64,000 nucleotides of DNA, from NCBI GenBank assembly GCA_964016885.1, contig OZ024742.1:172732001-172796000 (forward strand), written 5' to 3'. This DNA is from Eledone cirrhosa (lineage: Eukaryota). Below are positions 54,068 to 64,000 of this stretch, piece after piece. Made by a program: the position numbers and the translations under genes. The notes beneath the pieces are model-generated. The model did not search any database and had not been told where the DNA came from. It worked only from the letters and a program-made list of their open reading frames with translations. Every line of letters starts with the position of its first letter. Within the stretch, counting starts at the first letter, position 1.

Positions 54068-55634
54068 TATAATTAATTATGATATTGAAACCTGACGATA
54101 AATATTTCGATTCCTTCAACTTTTTCAATTAATGATGTAATTAAACTACTCTAAAATGTAGATGCTCCCAATATATTGAATACATTTTTTACGCAAGATA
54201 AACTTCTATATTAAATATAAGAGCATCCGTAGAACAACAGGGTCTCCTAAATCCTTTAAATGATTTCTGCTAAATGAGTTTTGTTGAGTAATGTTTGGTT
54301 TTTGTTTGCTTTTTGATTTTGATTGCTTCTAATGTACTTGGCAATATATTGTCAGATAAATTGGAAGGGTAGATTTCTGTGGTTGATATAGGGGGTATAC
54401 TGTGTTTTTTGTGGCCCGAGATACTCTAGGGAGTGATGAAAATATCTTAACGTTTTGATATTTCTGTGCTGATATATTGATAGCTGGTTGTCTCTGTACA
54501 AAGGCCATATGTATTAATATGCATATGGAATGATTACAGAGTATATTTTTTCTGTCCATGTACATGTATGTGTTCATATATATATACATATATACCTATA
54601 TGTATGTATGGGTATAGTCCTGGATATGTTACAGATGTGCATAATATTCTATACATTTTTTATGTATATATATATATAATGAAATCTTTTATAACACAAG
54701 GAAAACAATTTTTTTCTGAAACAAGAAATTACAGAGTTGATCACGTAAAATCATAAAAATCATGGGTATGTCTATAATGTCAACTAGAACTTGAGATAAC
54801 CTTCTCTTTCTCTCTTTCTTTCCTTTTCCGGAAAGTGCATGTGTATGTATATACTTATATATTTTTTTGAAGTTTTTATCTCAGTTTTTGGTACATCGAC
54901 CTCAGAATTTTAAACTAAACATATGGCCATTATTGAGCAAAATTATTTTCACACATTATATATCTATGTCTCATTCATGAATATTGATATTTACATTATA
55001 TTACCCAGTTCATATGAATTGATAATTCAAATTGATAGGACATAACGTAAAGATGTAAATCTATCATCCCTCTCTCTAGATATAGCTGTTTCTTCTCCTC
55101 CCTCTCTATATATGATGAAGTCTATGTATCTGTTGTTCTGACTTTGCCTGTCAGGTTTCTCTCTTATTTCTCTCTTATTTCTCTCTTATTTCTCTCTTCT
55201 CTCTTGTATTTCTCTTTTGACTTTCACCTCCCCCTATATAATTATTATTATTTTTAACTTTCTCTCTCTCTGTTTGCTCTTCATTTTTTATTTCTCTCCA
55301 TTTCCTCCGTAACTGTCCTTAACAGTATAACTGAATAATTACAGTACTCCCTCCCTCCTAAATCTCTAAATTTTGTATGATGAATTATTATTATTCATCT
55401 GTTGCCTTCAGCTGCCTCTCTTTTTTCACCTCCTCACTATTTCTCTCTCCCCTATCTCTCTCTATTTCTCTCTGTTTTTCTTTACATACATTTCTTCTTT
55501 TTCTCCGTCTTTCTTTTTAACTGTGCTTAACACTAAATATTTATAAGCATCTCACTACCAAACCAGCTTCTTACATAACGGTTGCTCAATATTTATGGTA
55601 CGTCAAAATTATTTATAAAACTGTTTATATATTG

Positions 55635-55700
55635 TATTTTATCTGAAGAAGGCATGCCATATGTTTAATATGGTATCCCCGAAATATGTATAATGAAATA
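55635..55700 (+). ncRNA. Minimal type I HHR in the PLE2 pLTR
   Basis: tattttat-CTGAAGA-stem II-GAAA-TATGTA-TA-atgaaata. Confidence 0.8.
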
Positions 55701-55914
55701 AATATGGTTTTATAAATATAGTTTCCATTTGTTTAATATCGTATATATATATATATATCACATAAGAAAAAGATAATCAGTATATATATATATATATACA
55801 CATATATATTTATATATATATATATGCAAATATATATAAACAATATACATATATATACACATATATATTTATATATATATATATGCAAATATATATATAT
55901 GTTCACTGTGTTCA

Positions 55915-56320
55915 CTATGCCTGACCGATTTAACTCACTCAATATGCAAATTAGGCTGCTCAGCCGTTAATTTTCATAAGGAAAGTATATACTTTCGAAC
56001 GTTCAACTATCTGGCAGATGGGTAAACGGTTCTGATGATAGCTAACAAGCTTGAAACTAGTACATCGTTCCTGTGTCAGTGTTGAACAAAAAGGTGATGT
56101 GGTTGCCTTAACACCGTATGGCATAAATTCAGGCTGTTCAGTTTGTTTACAAACGAACAAAGCGACGTTATAATAAGCGCCGCTAAACTGATACGTGCAT
56201 ATATGTATGTGTACCTGTATGCATATGTATGTATATATGTATATATATATATATATATATGTGCATGCTACTGTACGTCTGTATACACATATGTATGTAC
56301 GTATACATGCATACTTACAT
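55915..56320 (+). mobile_element. Family D copy with HHR at 56026-56068
   Basis: CTGATGA-tagct aaca agctt-GAAA-CTAG-TA-catcgt. Confidence 0.8.
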
Positions 56321-56344
56321 ATATATATATATATATATATATAA

Positions 56345-56428
<84 letters not shown>

Positions 56429-56432
<4 letters not shown>

Positions 56433-58470
56433 AATATTGGATTTTGCAAAACCTTAAATCACCGAAGACCTGCCTAAACACAAAGACAGAAATGTTCACC
56501 AAGTTGCCCACACATGAAATCACACCTGCTTTCCAGCTCATATAAACTTAACACACTTTCATATACTTATCCTCCATAATCTCTTATTATTCTCTTTAAG
56601 ACTACCTTTTCTTATTTACTTTCATTTTTATCATTATTATTAATTTTATTTTATTTTTATTTTTATTTTTATTTTTATTTTTATTTTTATTTTTATTTTT
56701 ATTTTTGTTTTTGTTTTTATTTTTATTTTTATTTTTATTTTTTATTTTTATTTTTATTTTTATTTTTATTTTTATTTTTATTTTTAATTTTATTCTTATT
56801 TTTATTTTTATTTTTATTTTTATTTTTATTTTTATTTTTATTTTTATTTTTATTTTTATTTTTATTTTTATTTTTATTTTTATTTTTATTTTAAATTTTA
56901 TTTTTATTTTTATTTTTATTTTTATTTTTATTTTTATTTTTATTTTTATTTTTATTTTTATTTTTATTTTAAATTTTATTTTTATTTTTATTTTTATTTT
57001 TATTTTTATTTTTATTTTTATTTTTATTTTTATTTTTATTTTTATTTTTATTTTAAATTTTATTTTTATTTTTATTTTTATTTTTATTTTTATTTTTATT
57101 TTTATTTTTATTTTTATTTTTATTTTTACTTCACATCCACCACAACCCCCCCTTATTCTCCGATTCACTTACCTAATATCTTAACTTTCCACTTTTTACT
57201 TCCCTATTTTCTTCACTACCTGATTACACATGTCACTTGCATTTTCCACTCCAGATATTTTCTCTTATTTCGCAGCCAATTTTATATTTTTATATTTGTA
57301 CTCACTTATTCACAAGGCTGCTTTTACACCCTGCATCTATGTGTCTGAGCGTCTTTATGTGTGTATACTTTCTGTATATGTACACGAACGCCTCCGTATG
57401 TGCGCACGCGTGCGTGTATATATATATGTGTATGTATGTGTGTTTTTTTTATATCTGTGTTTTTACATATATGTTTTTTTACATTCTTATTTTTACGTGT
57501 GTGCATGTAAGCGGGTCAACGTGCGTGAGTGTATGTATGTATGTGTGTGTGTGTATGTGTACGTACTGAATGTATGGATGTGGAAGTGTGCGTATGTATA
57601 TATGTATGTATATATTTATGTGTGTGTATGTGTGTGTGTGTATACAGTCGCGTACGTACGCGTGATTAGAGGTGTATGTATATATATATGTGCATCCTGT
57701 GTGTGTATGTATACTTGCATACGCTTTTGTCTGCACGTTTTGCGTGTATATATCTATTTTTTATAGATATACGTTTCTTATAGATATATGTGTGTATGTA
57801 CGCGTGTACCTTGTTTGTTTTCTTTACTTTGCAATTTTTTTTTCTAAATTATTATTCCATTTTTATAAATATATCGAGAATGATACTTTCTTTTTACTAT
57901 TACTCCCTTACGTCTTTTTCTTCCACATATAAGTGTACGCGCGTGTGTGTGTGTTTATACGCGTGCCTTCATATTCTTATAATGTATCTAATAGCCTGTT
58001 TTCCTGTATACCTGCCAACCGGACACTTATATCATGTCTGTATCTGTAGTTATATATTCACAGATATACTTACCCTCATACATATATTTACGCACACATT
58101 TTCACTATACACACACACTTGTACATACATACATATGTACAACTGTGAGTGTATATACATATATATACACACACCTAACTATAATTTTAAAAAAAAATTG
58201 ATATATGTTATATCTCTATTTTATTACTTTTATCTATATTTATATAATTCTTTTTGCATTTCTTGAGACTTTCTAAATATTTAGCTATGTTTTATATTGC
58301 CTCGTCCGACGAACGAATGAAGACGTTTCTTTCGTATTCGCTTTATTCGGGAAAACTGTGGTAATGAGGTAATTATATTGTATTGTTTTTTATACATTAA
58401 ATTTTGCTCTGGTACTTACATAGAGCACTCTTCACTCCTATGACTTTTTCTGTTTTCAACGGAAACTTTA

Positions 58471-58473
<3 letters not shown>
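56429..58473 (+). mobile_element. 5'-truncated PLE4 (EN C-terminus, simple-repeat-rich 3' UTR, pLTR, tail)
   Basis: [17 protein letters not shown] / SCPHMK. Degenerate HHR 58296-58373 with a 10-bp stem I (attgcctcgt/atgaggtaat). Confidence 0.7.
56640..57130. repeat. (TTTTTA)n hexamer tract
   Basis: Direct reading. Confidence 0.98.
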
Positions 58474-58560
<87 letters not shown>

Positions 58561-58563
<3 letters not shown>

Positions 58564-61500
58564 TCTTTATTAGCCACAGGGGCACCAAAGAAGGGGACAA
58601 ATACAAAGGGGGAAGTTTACACACAATAAAAAAGTGTAAGATGCTGTCACAAATGCAATTTAAAAGTTTATCGATTTTCCCCAATAGGGGAGATATTACA
58701 TATGAGTAACACATACCCCCGAAACAATGTGCAACCCCCATCTCCAGGAGTACAAAGAGTTTGTACCCCTTTCCTCTCCTCCTCTTTTACCTCAACCTAC
58801 ATGCCGATACCATTCTCGCCACTCTCACCCACCTTTCATAAAAGAGTACAGCACCTCTCTCTCCATCCCGATTCTTCTTCTAACGTGGTATTTGAAAAAA
58901 AGAATCAGTTGTTGGCCGGAGAGAAAGGTGTCTGACCTCAGCCCTTTCAACCTTGTCCACCATACAACCTCTTTCGCAGTAGCTATCACACATCGGAAAA
59001 CCGCATCTCCTTGGTTTTTGAAGGAGGGTGGCGGTTTGATCATGACAATGGTCTCGGTGGTCAACCGGATTGGTCCACCCGCGACAATAGTCGTTCTACA
59101 TAGCCCCACAGGTCGGTAACGCCCAGGAAGTGTATGAATGCGTGCGCGACGGTTTCTTCGTCTAGCACACACCTCGGACATATCTTTTTCGAAGGGTCCC
59201 TGCCCGGGCGGCCATGTCTGTAGAGCTTGTCTCGAAATGGTAGAGCTCCTCGGTAGCACTGCCAGGCCAAGGACTTTTGGAAGTTGTCCATCGGTCGCGG
59301 GCGGAAGGTCCTACCGAACAGACTGGCCAGTTAGTCTTACTCTACGCCTAGAGTTTTACCGAGCGCGTCGTCGCACTTGGTGCGGATCAACCCTCTATAG
59401 AATGACGAAGTGGAGACTCCACTGATCGCCGAGTCCGCCTGCCAGAGGGCTGTGAGTGCCTGAGCACATTTGATGTACCAGTCGTACATTTTCCTCGGTC
59501 TTTGTTTCACCCAGGACTGCAGCTCGGTCAGCGAGGACGAGTCGTGGGGAGGCTCGCCTCACGAACGTGGCCCACACCGGTTATCCGGTGGGGAATACGT
59601 AGAGATGCCGCAGCCTGAGCGCGTGTTTGGGCATCGTCAGACACGTCATCGCCAGCCCTCCGTTGGAAGTATGTTAGCACCAGATGCATCTTCTCACCAA
59701 AGGAGCCTGCCTCCTCCAAAGGAATTGGAAGAGCGAACTCTCCATTTTGGTGAGCGTTTTGGCTGGACAAGGCACGACGGTCAAGCGGTAGTAGATGGCG
59801 AACGCTATAAAAGTGTTCGCCACACCCGCTCGACCTTTCAAGGATAGCTTGCACTCGGCCCACTTCTGAGTGAGTCCAAACACCATGGCCGTCACTTCGT
59901 TGCAGTTCTTCTCCACCTAGAGGTCCAGACCAAACCAGACCCCGAGCAGCTTTACCGGTCCTTCCGTCCAGCGTCCGACGACGCAATCGGAAGGCATCGG
60001 TTTGCCTCTCCACGATCCGAGTTGCAAACCGATGGACTTGTCCCGGTTCAGCTTCTCTCCTGTGAACCTTTCGTATTCCTCCAGTAAGGTGCCGACTTAC
60101 TCGATTTGCGAGGCGCTCGACACCATTACTGTTACGTCATCGGCGTAGGCCGAAGCCGCTTTCCGCAGTCCTGGTTCAAGAGGGATGCTGTGCAATAGCT
60201 CCAACTTCCGCAGTAGTGGCTCGTGAGTCAGTACGTACAGAAGGGAGGAGAGAGGGAATCCATGTCGAAAGGATCGCGTGATATGGAACGGCTACCTCTC
60301 GGAGCCGTTCACCTTGACCCTTGAGCAGAGTTGCTGTGTGCATTGCAGCAACGAAGCCCCTGAACACGGGTCCGAAGCCTTCCGCCGTGAGACCGCATCC
60401 AGGAGACCGGAGATTAAGTCCGGGATTGTTACGTGAAATTCGTAGGGTAGACCGTCGAGACCAGGAGATTTTCGTTTGCCGCATTGGCTCAGCGCGTCCC
60501 CTAACTCAGCAGTTGAAATCGGCTTTTCGCAGAACTTCGCCTCGCTGTTCCAGAGTCGCGGTAGGCCGTCGAGGTATGGACCAAAATTCATAGCACCTCC
60601 AGGCGCCCCGCCCTGCCCGAACAGTTGCACAAAGTGCGTCTGAAAGGCCGCACACATCTGCTTCGGCTCACGTTTCACGCGTCCGTCTTAGTCCTTCAAA
60701 AACATGTTGCCACTTTTTGCCTCCGTCTCTCGGGCCCAGCTAACAGCTTGGCTCTCTCGTTTCCAAGAGCACGTATTTTGCTTCTGACAACGCAGCCCTC
60801 GTGCTTTGAGTCGAAGAACTTGTCCAATTCCGTTCTCGTTGCTAGCACGCTGGCTACGTTGCCACTTCTAATTGCCTTTTCTACTTTATCTACCAGTTCC
60901 TTCTCGGTCTATTTCTATCTAACGCTAATTCTTTGCTAAAAACTAACGAGTCTAATCTAACTGCCCTCTTGAGAGAGTACCACCATCTGTTGTTGCAATG
61001 GCCCCTGTCAAGTGCTGTTTAACTAAAGTGCTAATCCATCTACTGTAGGCTTTGCATGTCGGTAACCACAAGTTCAGCTTCCAGTAGCCGGGTCCTTTTA
61101 TATGGGTTACATCAAGGTTGACCATGGAGGTCACTAATTTGTGATCTGAATAGGCAACAATGAACATTTGTGGACAGCTTAACATGTACATATCATTATT
61201 TCTAACTAGAACCCTATCTAGTACGATATAGATGTTCCGCTACGATTACTCCACGTCCACAGTGGCACAGTCGGAAAATCTAGTCGATATCTATCGGCCA
61301 TGTCAAATCGGCCGATTAATTGTTTGAGGCTGTTACACCCCTTTATCGGGACATGCTCCCACATAGTCCCAACGTGCATCTAGGATTCTATTCCAGTCCC
61401 CCACTAAAAGAAAGGAGCGGGACGTTCCCTGAAAAGTCTCTAGACGTTTGAAGAAGTCTGGCCGCGGTGTCCCGTATGGGGCATATGTGGCCACCAGCCT

Positions 61501-62676
61501 GAAGGCTCCACCTTCACTACCATCAACGTCTAAGACCACCAGTCGACCTTCCGGGTCTAGATGTAGCTTCTGTGTTACGAGGCCCAGGTGTTTCCGCAGC
61601 AAAACGGCAACCTCGCCCCAACACCCCGGCTGACAAAGAGATGCGTAGATCTCAAAGTCATCGAAGATGGGGTCCAGCTGTCGCTCGCTGTGGATCCTGG
61701 ACTCGCAAATGGCTACTACATCCATATTGTGCGACCTGAGGTCGTTTAAGAGTTTGCCCTGTTTCCACGGGCATCCCCATGTCGAGTACATTCACACATC
61801 CAACTCTTATATTGGCCAGGTTGGTTCTGAAAAGTTAAAAGAAGAGAAGAAAACTCTCACATCTTCGTCTCCCGGGGATCAGGCCGCACGATTTCCATGT
61901 GGGTATAAGAGGGGTTGTCTGGGTGGGTGGTGCTTTTCGGCGGTGTGGGGACAGATATGTTTGGTGGGGAGGGGTGTATGATGGGGAGGGGGTGTCTGGG
62001 GCGGGTGTGTCTGGGGTGAGGGTGGGGCAACTTTTTAAAAGGACGCGGTTAATTGGTTTAACACAAGGATTACCCACGTCCCTAGGAAAGTTTTCGTTTA
62101 AAGACTTATAGGTTTTCGTAGGGACCCTAATCGTCTTTAAATTAGGTTTGTCTACAAGGTTCGAAAAAGTTTTCCCTTCGGTTTTCACCGAAGGATCGGT
62201 GAAGATGGCCTCCATTATAATTTTGTTTTTACTGTTTATTTATGTGTAATGTTCTTGTTGTGTTGCGGTGGTTTTTGCCTGTTGTTCTTATGACAGCTTT
62301 CGTTTTGTTGTAGGTGTTTGTGTTTGGAGTGATGTCGTGGTTTTGTTCTTCGGGACGGCGGGTTTTTGTTTGTAATGTTTGAATTGTTTGTGTTGGTGGT
62401 TGTACGTTTGTAGTGATGTTTGTCGTTTTGTTGTTCTTGTGGTGTCTTTTCTTCTTTCTTTTCGAACGGACAGGCTCTCCCTCATCGTCACTTGGTGATG
62501 ATGAGGGGGCATCGTCCGTTGTGGTGTCTGTGTTATTTGGAAGGGGTATGTTTTGGGGAGCTATTGTGTTTGTGGGTGTTTTTGTAGTGGTTTTAGGTGG
62601 AGTGGGGTTGGGTGGGAATGTGCTTTCAGGTTGGTTTGTTGTTCTTGTTTTGGTTATGTTTGCGTTTTGTTGTTAG
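58561..62676 (-). mobile_element. Decayed L1/Tx1-type LINE (ORF1 remnant, APE endonuclease, RT, C-terminal Cys motif)
   Basis: EN: DVVAICES, DPEGRLV, YAPYG, LLVGDWN, YSDH, GYWKLN. RT: KSPGLDGLPYEF, PLLYVL..EPLL, AYADDVT. C-terminal CPRC..EETVAHAF. TA tracts on both sides. Confidence 0.92.
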
Positions 62677-62783
62677 ATATATATATACATATATATATAT
62701 ACATATATTAATGTATATAGATACATACATATATTTGATAAACTCTACAATAATATCTCTTTCTCTCTCACTTTCACTCTCTC

Positions 62784-62928
<145 letters not shown>

Positions 62929-63415
62929 CTAGAAGAATATTTTATTATACATTGTTGCATTGTTCGATAATGATAATAAAGGAAAACGAAAATATTTTAA
63001 CAAGTCAAGAAAGTAACATAACCTACTGAAATAAAAATACTATTTTCTTGGATAAATATAATTGTAATTTTTATTTCTCATCCTATCACAAGTTTTGTAA
63101 AACTCAATCTGATATAAAAATAGAAGTTATTGAGAAATATATCTCTCTCCATAGAAATATCTTCACTAACAAAAAAGCATATGATAGGGCATACAATTGA
63201 ACTAGTTGAGTGGAATGTACTCAATTAAAGCAACACAAAGGACAGCAGAATCAACACCAACAATGGAAACATCAAATACAAACACAAGCAACAGCAGTAT
63301 CAACAATAATAACTACATTAACAACAACAATGACAATGGATGCAACAAACAACCAGAATTATAATAGTAGAACAAATATTTGCAATTTATCAGTACGTTT
63401 CGGATTATTAAGTAC

Positions 63416-63468
<53 letters not shown>

Positions 63469-63469
63469 T

Positions 63470-63530
<61 letters not shown>

Positions 63531-63560
63531 CTCCTTCTAATATATATATATATATATATA

Positions 63561-64000
63561 TAAATATAAGTATGTATACGTACATTCATATATGTATACA
63601 GACATACCGTAGTATGTATATATATACATACATGCACACATATATATATATATATATATATGTACGTATGGGTTTACCGAACATTTATTATAATAAATAT
63701 TCGGTAAACCCATACGTACATATATATGTGTGTGCATGTATGTATATATATACATGCTACTGTACGTCTGTATGCATATATGTATGTGCGTATACATACT
63801 TATATTTAAGTATCAGCCGTACTAAGGTAGAGAAATGAAATTTCGTTTCACTCTTTTCCATTTATCGTTTTCGGTAAGCCCGGCCAACAAACTCACTCGA
63901 TATGCAAATTTGACTGCTCAGCCGTTAATATGCATAAGGAAAGTATATACTTTCAAACGGTCAATCATCTGACAGGAAGGTATACGATGCTGACGATAGC
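63561..64000. mobile_element. Family D fold-back crossing the monomer junction (runs off the window)
   Basis: Hairpin centred at 63690/63691. The plus arm reads through the unit end into the unit start at about 63863 and reaches acgatg-CTGACGA at the window edge. Confidence 0.85.

Larger units (their letters stand above)
51740..55742 (+). mobile_element. Penelope-like retroelement PLE2 (Naiad-like), near full length with inverted 5' pLTR
   Basis: 51823-51887 is the reverse complement of 55682-55746; extra tail 51740-51822. 3' pLTR HHR at 55635-55700. TA flanks. Clade assignment is inference from motifs. Confidence 0.95.

Noticed and set aside
56602-57184. KIKIK / FIFIF ORFs
   Set aside because: (TTTTTA)n tract inside a PLE 3' UTR.

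Overview
AT-rich, microsatellite-dense animal genomic DNA. The SINE family and repeat landscape fit an octopod/coleoid cephalopod best; this is an inference from remembered sequence, not a search. No intact protein-coding gene is evident, and most ORF-track entries are translated microsatellites. The window is dominated by Penelope-like elements (PLEs) inserted into (TA)n tracts: two near-full-length decayed RT+GIY-YIG copies (3618-7724 minus; 51740-55742 plus), one half-length copy (39049-40797 minus), and about 15 short, mostly fold-back (inverted-repeat) insertions. Their pseudo-LTRs carry roughly 30 recognisable minimal type I hammerhead ribozyme (HHR) motifs. Many have family-specific palindromic stem III sequences, several have greatly enlarged domain II (up to 107 nt), and some show the U3-A8 core covariation. 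At least three non-coding HHR-bearing units (about 421, 591 and 709 nt) show terminal redundancy or a head-to-tail junction. They look like retrozyme-type circular/multimeric RNAs inserted with the same fold-back, (TA)n-targeted signature as the PLEs. Also present: a decayed L1/Tx1-type LINE (58561-62676), two mariner relics, Helitron relics, RTE fragments, a possible piggyBac relic, about 10 tRNA-derived SINEs and a TIR-bounded 4.6-kb element. All RNA structures and alignments were read by eye and need computational confirmation.
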